From: an uncultured Woeseia sp.
GTDB lineage: Bacteria; Pseudomonadota; Gammaproteobacteria; Steroidobacterales; UBA11654
Reading direction: 5' to 3'
Length of the DNA: 64,000 bases
Assembly (NCBI GenBank): GCA_964629335.1
Contig: CAZVRH010000001.1
Location: forward strand, 14,788-78,787
In this document: positions 18,192-29,210 of the stretch, one piece after another
Layout: every line of letters starts with the position of its first letter
Position numbering within the stretch: position 1 is the stretch's first letter
Notes under the pieces: model-generated
The model's input: the letters and a program-made list of their open reading frames with translations, nothing else
What the model was told of the DNA's origin: nothing
Database searches by the model: none
Translations under genes and position numbers: made by a program

Positions 18192-19645
18192 TTCTTGACC
18201 TCATTGATAATATCAGGCTCCTGAAGATGCCAATCGGTCTCCAATTGATACTTGTGTGTAAAATTTAAAAGTTGATGCTCATGGAAATGTGGTGAAATTA
18301 TCTGCATCCCAAATGGAAGGCTATCAGCAAAACCGATAGGGTGTGAAATTGCTGGGAGCCCAGATAAATTTGCAGAAATAGTGTAGATATCATTCATATA
18401 CATACTAACTGGGTCATCTATTTTTTCACCGAGCTTAAAGGCTGAAGTTTGAGTGGTTGGACCCATAATTGCATCAACGGTTTTAAAAGCAGTGACAAAG
18501 TCTTGATTAATTAATTGCCTAACCTTCTGAGCTTTAAGATAGTAGGCATCATAATAACCCGCAGATAAAACGTAGGTTCCAGTAATGATTCTTCTCTTAA
18601 CCTCTTGTCCAAAACCTTCTTGTCTATTTGATTTGTAGAATTCATCTAAATCATCTGTTTTATTTGACCTGTGCCCAAATCTAATCCCGTCAAATCTTGC
18701 AAGGTTAGAGGAACATTCGGCTGGTGCAACCACGTAATAGGTAGGGACAGAATATTTAATGTTTGGGAGGCTTATCTCTTTGAATTCTACTCCAAGCTTC
18801 TTATAAACTTCCAAACAGTTTGAAACCAGATTCTGATAGTTAGCATCTATACTTCCATCAAAAAATTCTTTTGGCAAACCAACTGTTTTACCGGAAAGAT
18901 CATTGTCTAAATGTTTTGTGTACTGTGGAACTTCTTCCGGAGAAGATGTGGAATCATAAGGATCAAACCCGGCCATCAATTCAAGAAACATAGCCGCATC
19001 CTCAGCTGTAATAGATAAGATGCCTGCTTGATCTAGACTGGATGCAAAAGCAATCATCCCATATCTAGAGCATCTGCCATAAGTTGGCTTGAGCCCAGTT
19101 ATACCCGTGAATGCTGCGGGCTGCCTGATAGAACCTCCAGTATCTGTACCCAGGGCTATAGGAGCTAGGCCTGCTGCAACTGCTGCTGCTGATCCACCCG
19201 ATGAACCGCCCGGGGTTCTTTTTATGTCCCATGGGTTTTTAACTTCACCAAAAAAACTGGTCTCGTTAGAGGATCCCATCGCAAACTCATCCATATTGGT
19301 TTTACCTAATAGGGTCATGCCGCCATCTTTTAAATTCTTCACCACAGTTGCATCGTATGGAGGAATAAAATTCTCTAGCATCTTGGAGCCGCATGTAGTC
19401 AGAACTCCTTCCGTACAAAAAATATCCTTAACCGCACAGGGGATTCCTGCTAAAGGCTGCTCTTCGTCTGACCTGCTATTATTGGGATCTGAGATGGTAT
19501 CTGTTTTAGTAATATAGGCATTGATTTTAGGGTCTATCGCATCGATCCTTGCTTGATAGATTTTGACTATCTCTTGAGTATTTACCTCTCCTGAATTAAG
19601 CATCCCCTTTAATTGCTTTACCGTATAACGCTCCACGTCACTCAA
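18188..19645 (-). CDS. gatA: Asp-tRNA(Asn)/Glu-tRNA(Gln) amidotransferase subunit A
   Basis: 485 aa. Has the amidase signature GGSSGGSAAAVAAG. Confidence 0.97.
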   Translation of the reverse strand: MSDVERYTVKQLKGMLNSGEVNTQEIVKIYQARIDAIDPKINAYITKTDTISDPNNSRSDEEQPLAGIPCAVKDIFCTEGVLTTCGSKMLENFIPPYDATVVKNLKDGGMTLLGKTNMDEFAMGSSNETSFFGEVKNPWDIKRTPGGSSGGSAAAVAAGLAPIALGTDTGGSIRQPAAFTGITGLKPTYGRCSRYGMIAFASSLDQAGILSITAEDAAMFLELMAGFDPYDSTSSPEEVPQYTKHLDNDLSGKTVGLPKEFFDGSIDANYQNLVSNCLEVYKKLGVEFKEISLPNIKYSVPTYYVVAPAECSSNLARFDGIRFGHRSNKTDDLDEFYKSNRQEGFGQEVKRRIITGTYVLSAGYYDAYYLKAQKVRQLINQDFVTAFKTVDAIMGPTTQTSAFKLGEKIDDPVSMYMNDIYTISANLSGLPAISHPIGFADSLPFGMQIISPHFHEHQLLNFTHKYQLETDWHLQEPDIINEVKK

Positions 19646-19925
19646 TCACTTTAGGGACTTTATAAAAACCACTTTCTGTATGCTCTGTATTTTTTTGATA
19701 ATCATCTCTTCGATCAAACTCAGAAACTTCATCTGCCCTTAATCTTTGAGTCATATCTAGCGGATGAGCCATCGGCAAGATGTCACCATCTTCCACGTCT
19801 TGAAGTTCTTGAATCATGTTCAAAATAGATTGCATTTGTTCTAAAAAAACAGCTTTTTCTTTGTCTTCCAGTTGGAGTTTTGAAAGATTACAGAGGTGCT
19901 CGATGTCTGATTTTTTGATACTCAT
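19638..19925 (-). CDS. gatC: Asp-tRNA(Asn)/Glu-tRNA(Gln) amidotransferase subunit C
   Basis: 95 aa, overlaps the gatA start. Shows the typical GatC pattern LSKLQLEDKE... Confidence 0.9.
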   Translation of the reverse strand: MSIKKSDIEHLCNLSKLQLEDKEKAVFLEQMQSILNMIQELQDVEDGDILPMAHPLDMTQRLRADEVSEFDRRDDYQKNTEHTESGFYKVPKVIE

Positions 19926-20030
19926 AACGAAGGACTAAAAAATATATAAGGTTATGATAACTTCCTGTTGCTCAAAATCCTACTCGTTGTTAGAGTATCC
20001 CTTCTACCTTAATTTTTTTTTAACGGTTAA

Positions 20031-21077
<1,047 letters not shown>

Positions 21078-21114
21078 TTGTCTTCAAAATCAATAATAAC
21101 GGACGAGACTAAAA

Positions 21115-21954
21115 ATGCCGTTAAACCCACAACAAAGAATAAATAGGTTTGAAAAAAACTTCTCCTCATATAGGTTAATTTTCGTCGTAATTTTATCCTG
21201 TGTCTTGATGTATCAAGATTATCAGAGAACCTACACAGAGGAGCTAAGAACTTACCTTTCTGCAGCTCTATACCCGATTCAATATCTAGTTAACCTACCC
21301 AGAAAAATTGGCAAGAGTGTGTATGGAAAATTTTTGGATAAAGAGCAAATTATCAATGAAAATAATAAATTAAAAGAAGAAAATTTAAATCTAAGAATAG
21401 AGGCACAGAAAGTTTATAGCTTAGAATCTGAAAATAAGGGGCTGCGTGAAATAATTAATATTGAACCTAGACCAATCGATAGTTCAATATTTGCAGAAAT
21501 TATTTCGATAAACCCAATACCAAATAACCATCAAATCTTAATCAACAAAGGAAGCAGAGACGGCACTAAAATAGGCTCAACAGTGATAGATTCAACTGGT
21601 ATTGTAGGCCACATCATTCGTGATCAAATTTTTGCATCCGAAGTCTTGCTCGTTACTGACCTGGAGCATGCCATTCCAGTTGAAATTGTCAGAACTCAGC
21701 AGAGAACAATAGCCGTAGGGACCGGTGATTATAATAAGCTTAGGATTAACAGCCTTGCTACTGATGCTGATATTAAGCAGGACGATGTAGTTGTGACATC
21801 GGGTTTAGGCGGTCGTTATCCGAAAGGTTGGCCCATTGGGACCGTAAAAGAAATTACAAGCACAGTTGGCAATTCTTACCTAGAAATTGATATTACACCT
21901 TTTGCGGACTTAACAACGATCAATCAAGTCTGGATTTTGACACAAGGCAATTAG
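21115..21954 (+). CDS. mreC: rod shape-determining protein MreC
   Basis: 279 aa. Has an N-terminal TM, a coiled coil, and GIVGHI...VTSGLGGRYPKGWPIG. Confidence 0.9.
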   Translation: MPLNPQQRINRFEKNFSSYRLIFVVILSCVLMYQDYQRTYTEELRTYLSAALYPIQYLVNLPRKIGKSVYGKFLDKEQIINENNKLKEENLNLRIEAQKVYSLESENKGLREIINIEPRPIDSSIFAEIISINPIPNNHQILINKGSRDGTKIGSTVIDSTGIVGHIIRDQIFASEVLLVTDLEHAIPVEIVRTQQRTIAVGTGDYNKLRINSLATDADIKQDDVVVTSGLGGRYPKGWPIGTVKEITSTVGNSYLEIDITPFADLTTINQVWILTQGN

Positions 21955-21979
21955 AAATGAAGCTGCCATTGGAAGAGTT

Positions 21980-22462
21980 ATGAGTAGAAACATTAAAAAT
22001 TTATTATTTATCTGGAGCGTGATTCTGCTCTCTATGGTTCTCACCATAATACCTCTTCCTGATGCAATTAACTCTTTTAGGCTCCCATGGCTAATGATGG
22101 CGGTTATATATTTTTCTATATTTAACGTATCTCTTATCGGCGTAATCTCTGCTTGGCTCTCAGGTCTCATACTTGACCTTCTAACAGGAGGATTAATGGG
22201 TGAAAATGCAATGATTCTGGCTGTACTGTCTTATCTATCCTATCGATTTAGATTTCAAATAAGGGTTTATCCTATTTGGCAAATCATGGCGGTTGTTTTA
22301 ATTCTTTTATCGTTTGGTGAATTGTTATCAATATGGATTCAAGGGGTTAGTGGCAACATGCATTTTGCTATTACCGCATGGATCAACATAGCAATTGCTG
22401 TAATTCTATGGCCAATATTCATGGGCATTATTCAAAAAATGGAATCTATATTTTTATCTTAA
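21980..22462 (+). CDS. mreD: rod shape-determining protein MreD
   Basis: 160 aa polytopic membrane protein following mreC. Confidence 0.85.
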   Translation: MSRNIKNLLFIWSVILLSMVLTIIPLPDAINSFRLPWLMMAVIYFSIFNVSLIGVISAWLSGLILDLLTGGLMGENAMILAVLSYLSYRFRFQIRVYPIWQIMAVVLILLSFGELLSIWIQGVSGNMHFAITAWINIAIAVILWPIFMGIIQKMESIFLS

Positions 22463-22472
22463 AAAGAGCGAC

Positions 22473-24323
22473 ATGGAATTTAAATCTTCTAACACTCAAC
22501 AAACTGAAAAAGAAATTTTTCTCTCTCGGATTCTGTTCTGCTCGATAGCTATACTTATTCTTGCCAGTATTATTTTTACTCGTCTATTTTATTTGATGGT
22601 CATTGAAACAGACGACTATAAGCTCAGATCCTTAAATAACACTATCAGAACTCAAGCAATGCCAGCTACAAGGGGCTTAATTTTTGATAGGAACGGAAAT
22701 ATATTGGCAAGCAGTCAACCCATTTTTCAATTGGAGATGATCCCAGAGCAAGTAATTAATATAGAAACGACTCTAGCTGAGTTAGTGGAACTTGGTTTGA
22801 TTGCTGAAAATAATATAAACAATATTAAAAAAAGAATAGATAAAAATTTACAATTCAAGAGCATAGTTCTAAAAAGAAACCTGACAGACACTGAAGTTGC
22901 TATTTTTGCAAACAATCGAATTAACTTTAAAGGAATCGATATTAGATCTAGATTATCTAGATATTATCCAAGAGGAGAGGCTTTCGCTCATGCCCTAGGT
23001 TATGTTGGCTCGATATCAAGCGCTGATTATTCTAGATTCGACCCCACTTTTTATACCGGCAAGGAACAAATTGGTAAAACCTCAATTGAAAGAAACTTTG
23101 AGCATTATCTTAGAGGTCAACCAGGCAGTCAGAAACTATTGGTTAATGTCAGAGGAAGAGTTATGGAAAGCATTAGTGAGAAACCCTTCCAGCCTGGTAA
23201 TAACCTCATATTAACTATTGATAGCAATCTTCAAGAAGTTGCTTATAAGGCAATGGGGGATCAAAAAGGAGCCGTGGTTATTTTAGATGCATCGAATGGA
23301 GAAATTTTAGTCATGCTCAGCACACCTTCCTTTGATCCGAATTTATTAAGTATCGGATTAAGCCAAAATGAGTTTAATGCTTTGACTAAAAATAAACATA
23401 GACCTTTATTCAACAGAGCTATTGCTGGCCAGTATCCCCCCGGATCAACTATTAAACCTATGCTCGCTTTGGGAGCTCTTGAAATGGGAATAGTTGAGCC
23501 AGATGTTTATATGCCTTGTGAGGGAAAATTCTTTCTTCCTAATTACTCACGTCCATTCAATGACTGGGAGACCCACGGTTCGGTTAATGTTGTTAGAGCC
23601 ATCCAAGCCTCTTGTGATGTTTATTTCTATGAACTGGCAAATAAAATGGGAATTGAGAAAATGAGTCTCTTTTTAAAGAATTTTAATTTAGGAGAGTCGA
23701 CCAAGATTGATATTGATTCTGAAAAAAAGGGTGTGATTCCTAATAGAGAATGGAAGAGGAATAATTTTAATTCCAGAGAAAATCAAAGTTGGTATCAAGG
23801 AGAAACTATAATTGCCGGTATTGGTCAGGGGTATATGCTAGCCACTCCCCTTCAACTGGCAGTAGCAACCTCCATAATTGCTAATAAAGGAAGCGCTCAT
23901 AAACCACATCTATTGAAAGCTATTGAAAACAAAAACTCAGGAGAGAATGAGTATATAACATCAGAGGAAATTAATTATCTTGAAAATATTAACGAAGAAA
24001 ACTGGGATCTCATACATCAAGGAATGGTTGCTGTGGTCAATGAAAGAAGAGGCACAGCTTATGGGGTTTTTCCTGAAAATTCTCCAATCGCAGGAAAAAC
24101 GGGGAGCTCTCAAGTTTTTAGCATGGATAAAGCAAGCGGAGATGAACTCCCTTTAGAGCTTAGAGACCATGGCTTATTTATTGGTTTCTCACCTTTGGAT
24201 AAACCTGAAATTATTGTGGCCATCATAGTTGAGAATGGAGGTGGAGGCAGAGTATCTGCGGCCCCCGTTGCTGAAAAAATATTTAACGCGTATTTGGCAA
24301 AGAGCTTACAAAATGCAAATTGA
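22473..24323 (+). CDS. mrdA: penicillin-binding protein 2 (elongasome transpeptidase)
   Basis: 616 aa. Has SxxK (GSTIKP) and KTG (GKTGSSQV), followed by rodA. Confidence 0.93.
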   Translation: MEFKSSNTQQTEKEIFLSRILFCSIAILILASIIFTRLFYLMVIETDDYKLRSLNNTIRTQAMPATRGLIFDRNGNILASSQPIFQLEMIPEQVINIETTLAELVELGLIAENNINNIKKRIDKNLQFKSIVLKRNLTDTEVAIFANNRINFKGIDIRSRLSRYYPRGEAFAHALGYVGSISSADYSRFDPTFYTGKEQIGKTSIERNFEHYLRGQPGSQKLLVNVRGRVMESISEKPFQPGNNLILTIDSNLQEVAYKAMGDQKGAVVILDASNGEILVMLSTPSFDPNLLSIGLSQNEFNALTKNKHRPLFNRAIAGQYPPGSTIKPMLALGALEMGIVEPDVYMPCEGKFFLPNYSRPFNDWETHGSVNVVRAIQASCDVYFYELANKMGIEKMSLFLKNFNLGESTKIDIDSEKKGVIPNREWKRNNFNSRENQSWYQGETIIAGIGQGYMLATPLQLAVATSIIANKGSAHKPHLLKAIENKNSGENEYITSEEINYLENINEENWDLIHQGMVAVVNERRGTAYGVFPENSPIAGKTGSSQVFSMDKASGDELPLELRDHGLFIGFSPLDKPEIIVAIIVENGGGGRVSAAPVAEKIFNAYLAKSLQNAN

Positions 24324-25425
24324 TCAATTCAAATTGAAAAACCCAGATATTATTGCTGATCGAGCACATATTGATATGCCACTTCTATCAGCTTTTTTAG
24401 TCATTTTCATAATTAGTGGGGTAGCGATTTTTAGTGCATCCAATGGAAATATTAGCTTTTTAATTGATCATTCCACAAAAATTATAGTTTCGATCATTGC
24501 CATGATCATAGCTGCTCAAATAAAGCCCATGGATTATATGCGGATAGCGCCTTGGCTTTATTTTATCTGCATCGTGCTTCTCATCTTAGTTTTGGTGATT
24601 GGAGAAACAAGAAATAATGCAACAAGATGGCTTAGCTTAGGTATAACCTTCCAACCTTCTGAATTGATGAAAATTGCTATGCCTCTAATGATTGCCAGAT
24701 ACATCTCTAATGGAACTCTGCCGGTAAAGAATCTTTCAATTATAATTTCATTATTTATTGTGCTATTCCCAACAGTGATGATTTTATTGCAACCCGATCT
24801 TGGTACCTCTGTTTTAATTGCTTTCTCTGGTCTAGTGATTATTTTTTTATCAGGCATTAAAAAAAGATACATACTCTCTGGCTTACTCGTCTTTATTGCA
24901 AATCTACCTCTAATTTGGAAGTACATACATCCGTTTCAGCAAAATAGAATTCTTACCTTTTTAAACCCAGAACAAGATCCATTGGGAGCTGGGTATCATA
25001 TTATCCAATCAAAAATTGCAATTGGTTCTGGAGGGTTGTTTGGTAAAGGTTGGATGAATGGTACCCAAGGTCAGCTTGACTTCTTGCCCGAAACCACGAC
25101 TGATTTTATTTTTTCCATACTGGCTGAAGAGTTTGGTCTCATAGGTATCTCAATTGTAATTATTATTTATTTATACATTGTTGCTAGAGGGCTTTTAATC
25201 GCGATAAACTCACAGGATCTTTTTTCTCGATTGCTAGCTTCAAGTATTAGCCTTACCTTCTTTATTTATGTTTTCGTAAATATGGGTATGACCACTGGAA
25301 TACTTCCTGTCGTTGGAGTGCCTTTGCCACTTATAAGCAAAGGGGGAACGTCAAGTGTCACCTTAATGATTGGTTTAGGTATTCTGATGTCAATAAGAAC
25401 CCATAAACGTTTGGTAACGAAATGA
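24313..25425 (+). CDS. rodA: peptidoglycan glycosyltransferase RodA (SEDS family)
   Basis: The track ORF begins at 24229, inside mrdA. I place the start at the in-frame ATG at 24313 (MQIDQFKL...), overlapping the mrdA stop, which gives 370 aa. It is FtsW/RodA-like with 10 TM segments. Confidence 0.9.
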   Translation: MQIDQFKLKNPDIIADRAHIDMPLLSAFLVIFIISGVAIFSASNGNISFLIDHSTKIIVSIIAMIIAAQIKPMDYMRIAPWLYFICIVLLILVLVIGETRNNATRWLSLGITFQPSELMKIAMPLMIARYISNGTLPVKNLSIIISLFIVLFPTVMILLQPDLGTSVLIAFSGLVIIFLSGIKKRYILSGLLVFIANLPLIWKYIHPFQQNRILTFLNPEQDPLGAGYHIIQSKIAIGSGGLFGKGWMNGTQGQLDFLPETTTDFIFSILAEEFGLIGISIVIIIYLYIVARGLLIAINSQDLFSRLLASSISLTFFIYVFVNMGMTTGILPVVGVPLPLISKGGTSSVTLMIGLGILMSIRTHKRLVTK

Positions 25426-26441
25426 ATGCAGTACAACTTAAAACACTAACAATTTTTTTATTATTATTTTTTTTCTCTTTCTCTCTCTTTGCAGAAGATA
25501 TGCACAACTCTGCCTATGATATAAAGATTGCTAAATCTGAACTTATGAATGAATTAATTAGAGATCATGGCTTTGATGAGCAATACATAAGCAATGTTTT
25601 CAATGAAGCCAAATTCTTACCTGAATTAATTGAATCAATCTCGAGACCTGCTGAAAAAACAAAGACCTGGCAAGAGTACCGGGCCATTTTTCTTACACCA
25701 AAAAGAATTGCCGCAGGTGTTCTGTTTGCTAACCAACATAAAGCGTTGCTAAATCGTGCGGAACAAGAATTAGGTGTACCCAGAAAAATCCTGCTTGGCA
25801 TTTTAGGAGTTGAAACGTTTTTTGGTAATATTCAAGGGCGTTATAAGGTCATAGATTCTTTATACACATTAGCAATCGGTTACCCGCCTAGAAGTGAGTT
25901 TTTCAGACAGGAGCTCATTAATCTTTTTTACTTATGTCGGGAACAAGACCTCTCGATTTCTAGCATCAAAGGATCATACGCCGGGGCTATGGGTGCGCCT
26001 CAATTTATTGCGTCAAGTTACAGAAACTATGCTGTTGATGGGGATGGTGATGGTAAAATTAATTTATTTGATTCATGGGACGATGTTTTAATGAGTATTG
26101 GTAATTATCTGAACAGAAATGGTTGGGATACATCAAAAAATATCATGACTGAGGTAATCATTGATGCCGAGCAAAGGCAGCAATTGTTATCCAGCACGAC
26201 TAAGCCTAAAGGCAATCTTAAAGACTTGATAGCACTCGGTATTGCTCTCGACTCCGAATTAGAGCAAACTCAAAAGGCCCAACTTATTTATCTTGAAGGT
26301 GAAGAGCATAAAAACAATGCGATTGTAGGTCTTCATAATTTCTATGTTGTAACGACTTATAATAGAAATGTGATGTATGCACTTGCTGTCATAGAGTTAG
26401 GTGAATCAATAGAAACAATTCTATCCGCAGATGTATTTTAG
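25422..26441 (+). CDS. mltB: lytic murein transglycosylase B
   Basis: 339 aa with a signal peptide. Has the catalytic-Glu context GILGVETFFG and YAGAMGAPQF. Confidence 0.88.
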   Translation: MNAVQLKTLTIFLLLFFFSFSLFAEDMHNSAYDIKIAKSELMNELIRDHGFDEQYISNVFNEAKFLPELIESISRPAEKTKTWQEYRAIFLTPKRIAAGVLFANQHKALLNRAEQELGVPRKILLGILGVETFFGNIQGRYKVIDSLYTLAIGYPPRSEFFRQELINLFYLCREQDLSISSIKGSYAGAMGAPQFIASSYRNYAVDGDGDGKINLFDSWDDVLMSIGNYLNRNGWDTSKNIMTEVIIDAEQRQQLLSSTTKPKGNLKDLIALGIALDSELEQTQKAQLIYLEGEEHKNNAIVGLHNFYVVTTYNRNVMYALAVIELGESIETILSADVF

Positions 26442-27252
26442 TCGTAACACAATAAATGTATCGATTTTAATGGTTACTCTTTTGGTTTCTAGCTGCTCTG
26501 TGCAAAATAATTTCTCTGGTCCAAAAATGAGCAAAAAAGAAGTAACTGAGATATTAAATGATGGATGCACCATCAAACGAAACACAAGAGAAACTTATCG
26601 CATCAATGGCAAAAGATACAGAACTCTGTCTTCAAGCAAGGGATATAAAAAAAGAGGGGTTGCTTCTTGGTATGGATCTCAATTTAATGGGAAGGCAACG
26701 GCTTGTGGGGAACAATACGATATGTATAAATACACCGCTGCACACAAAACATTACCCTTGCCCTCCTATGTTAACGTCAAAAATCTAACCAATGGTAAAT
26801 CTGTCATTGTCAAAATTAATGACAGAGGTCCATTTGTCGATAATCGGATTATTGATCTATCTTATGCTGCTGCAAAAAAAATTGACATGCTGTCTGCAGG
26901 CACTGCTTTTGTAAGAGTCGTCAATGTTTCAGAAGAGGAAGCAGCTCAAGCAATAAAGAAAAATACTAGGGGTATATTTTCAACAAATATTTTTGAAAAG
27001 ATTGTTACCAGAAATAAAAATAAAATTATCATGCAAGTAGGAGCATTCACTAATGAAGATGGTGCTCAAGAGCTCAAGAAGCAAATTAAAAATCTAGGGG
27101 TTAAATCAGCTTTCATCGATAAAACAAGATCCGGAACTAGAATTTTTTACAGGGTTCGAATTGGTCCCATCAGGACAGTGGAAAACTATGAAGAAATTAT
27201 CAGTAAATTGACTTCATTGAACCTTGATATCAACTTAATTTCACAAAAATAA
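26431..27252 (+). CDS. rlpA: septal ring lytic transglycosylase RlpA (DPBB + SPOR domains), lipoprotein
   Basis: Lipobox LVSSC. DPBB core GVASWYG...TACGE...AAHKTLPL...V.VKINDRGPF, with a C-terminal SPOR-like repeat. Confidence 0.9.
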   Translation: MYFSRNTINVSILMVTLLVSSCSVQNNFSGPKMSKKEVTEILNDGCTIKRNTRETYRINGKRYRTLSSSKGYKKRGVASWYGSQFNGKATACGEQYDMYKYTAAHKTLPLPSYVNVKNLTNGKSVIVKINDRGPFVDNRIIDLSYAAAKKIDMLSAGTAFVRVVNVSEEEAAQAIKKNTRGIFSTNIFEKIVTRNKNKIIMQVGAFTNEDGAQELKKQIKNLGVKSAFIDKTRSGTRIFYRVRIGPIRTVENYEEIISKLTSLNLDINLISQK

Positions 27253-27337
27253 GATTTTCAATGTCATACCTATGTTGAACATATATAATAAAGTTCAGTC
27301 AATTAAGACCCTCTAAAAGAACTAAAAATTTGATTAA

Positions 27338-28501
27338 ATGAAAAAATTTTACTTCACTATTTTTCTGTCATTAATGATGTCAACTTCACAGATTGAAGCT
27401 ATTGTCATTGTACCTAAAGCACCTACTATTGATGTCAAAAGCTATGTTCTCTTAGATGCTGAGACTGGCACAATTATTGCCAGTTTTGAAGAAACAGCCG
27501 CTATTAAACCAGCAAGTATTACAAAATTGATGACAGCTTATGCTGCTTTTCAAGCAATCAAGGAAGAACAAGTAAGATTGGACGACTCGGTTAGAATAAG
27601 TCAACGTGCTTCGTCAATCGGTGGCTCAACGATGTTTCTTAATCCTTACATGGATGTAACGGTAAACGATCTTTTACAAGGAATGATTATTATTTCAGGT
27701 AATGACGCAAGCGTTGCTTTGGCTGAACATTTAGCAGGCTCTGAAGAAACTTTTGCAGAATACATGAATATGTATGCTGAAGTTCTGGGTCTAAAGAGCA
27801 CCAATTACACCAATGCAAGCGGTTTAGATGACGACGATCATTATTCTTCGGCCTTGGACATAGCGATGCTGGCCTCTCAAATCATTAATGAATTTCCAGA
27901 ATATTTCCATCTATATTCACAACGTTCCTATACCTTTGATCAAGCCAAAGATCCTAAAACGAAAGAACCGATAGTCCAATATAATCGTAATAAGCTTCTT
28001 AGAAGGGATGCAAGCATTGATGGTATGAAGACTGGTTATACAAGTTCTGCGGGATATTGCTTGGTTGCTACTGCTAACAAAAATTCAATGCGTTTAATTG
28101 CAGTTGTTACCGGGGCAAAATCAAGTGAAGATCGAAATAATTCTGCATATGCATTATTAAACTATGGCTTTAGGTTTTTTGAAAAACAGACCTTAATTGA
28201 AAAAAATAAAAGCTATGGCAAGGCAGAGATTTGGAAAGGTACTGGCGATACGGTTGAGTTGATTGCAAATGAAGATGTAGTAAAAACAATCACTAAAGGT
28301 ATCTCTAAAGATATCGAAAGAACCGTAGATATTTTTGATCCAGTCATTGCACCACTCAACACCACTGATCCTATCGGCAAGCTTACGATTACCTATGAAG
28401 GAAAAAGCTTGGCAGAATCCCCACTGTATGCAAAAACTGCAGTTGAGCAGGATAATTTATGGGGTCGACTTTATGACTCAGCGTTGTTGCTTTTTAAATA
28501 A
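27338..28501 (+). CDS. dacA: D-alanyl-D-alanine carboxypeptidase (PBP5/6 family)
   Basis: 387 aa with a signal peptide. Has SxxK (ASITKLMT), SGNDA and KTGYT motifs. Confidence 0.92.
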   Translation: MKKFYFTIFLSLMMSTSQIEAIVIVPKAPTIDVKSYVLLDAETGTIIASFEETAAIKPASITKLMTAYAAFQAIKEEQVRLDDSVRISQRASSIGGSTMFLNPYMDVTVNDLLQGMIIISGNDASVALAEHLAGSEETFAEYMNMYAEVLGLKSTNYTNASGLDDDDHYSSALDIAMLASQIINEFPEYFHLYSQRSYTFDQAKDPKTKEPIVQYNRNKLLRRDASIDGMKTGYTSSAGYCLVATANKNSMRLIAVVTGAKSSEDRNNSAYALLNYGFRFFEKQTLIEKNKSYGKAEIWKGTGDTVELIANEDVVKTITKGISKDIERTVDIFDPVIAPLNTTDPIGKLTITYEGKSLAESPLYAKTAVEQDNLWGRLYDSALLLFK

Positions 28502-28581
28502 AACTCCACCTGAATAGTCTTCGACAATCCATACTTTTTAAGAACTTAGGTATCACTAACTATTCTGATACCCTCAAGAAA

Positions 28582-29130
28582 ATGCAACAATTTAATGCAA
28601 CTAGGGGGGAAGATACCCCGGATGAAGTCTGGCTGCTGGAGCACGAAGCTGTCTATACTTTTGGTATCAAAACGAGCAAAGACGACATCCCTGAAAATAC
28701 GGCTCTGCCTCTCATAAAGTCTGATCGTGGAGGCGAGATTACTTTTCATGCCCCTGGTCAGCTTGTGGTGTATCCATTGCTAGATTTAAAAAGACGGTCC
28801 ATGAAAGCAAGAGAATTTATCCATAGTTTTCAAGAAGCGATACTGAACAGTCTCAGCCATTATCACTCGAATCTAAAAATTAATAATAGCGACCCTGGGA
28901 TATACATTGATAATAAAAAGCTAGTAAGCTTTGGCTTTAAAATTACCAAACAAGGCACCTATCACGGCGCCTCTATAAATGTTTCTATGGATTTGGCACC
29001 TTGGAAAAATATTACGATTTGTGGAAACTATAAAACTGAAGTAATAGATCTGCAGAGCTTGGGCTGTAATGCCCCCCTAAGCAACATTAAGCATTCCATA
29101 AATAAGATTCTTTCTGATAAATTTGAATAA
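28582..29130 (+). CDS. lipB: octanoyltransferase LipB (true start probably upstream of this ATG, see findings)
   Basis: Has DEVWLLEHEAVYTFG, SDRGGEITFHAPGQLVVYPLLDLKR and HGASINVSMDL. The conserved N-terminal strand ILFKNLG is encoded in frame upstream at 28528-28551. Confidence 0.88.
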   Translation: MQQFNATRGEDTPDEVWLLEHEAVYTFGIKTSKDDIPENTALPLIKSDRGGEITFHAPGQLVVYPLLDLKRRSMKAREFIHSFQEAILNSLSHYHSNLKINNSDPGIYIDNKKLVSFGFKITKQGTYHGASINVSMDLAPWKNITICGNYKTEVIDLQSLGCNAPLSNIKHSINKILSDKFE

Positions 29131-29210
29131 ATAATAATTGCTTAATCTATGCATCCCAGCGTCTAGATCATTGACTGCATCATAGAGGTTTGCTGTTGAA
29201 TCGTCTCTTT

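Noticed and set aside
19089-19517. 142-aa plus-strand ORF antisense to gatA. Similar long antisense ORFs lie at 12377-12760 (prs), 51059-51430 (MFP), 63401-63736 (flavoprotein), 17701-17913 (gatB) and 20648-20941 (mreB).
   Set aside because: Each lies entirely inside a well-conserved gene on the opposite strand. Each has Ala/Ser/Pro-rich composition typical of the antisense frame of conserved genes. None has an SD or a recognisable motif. A handful of ORFs of this length are expected by chance in 64 kb.
24229-24312. N-terminal 28-codon extension of the rodA ORF, as given in the ORF track.
   Set aside because: The extension lies wholly inside the conserved C terminus of mrdA. RodA homology begins at the in-frame ATG at 24313, which overlaps the mrdA stop in a typical coupled arrangement.
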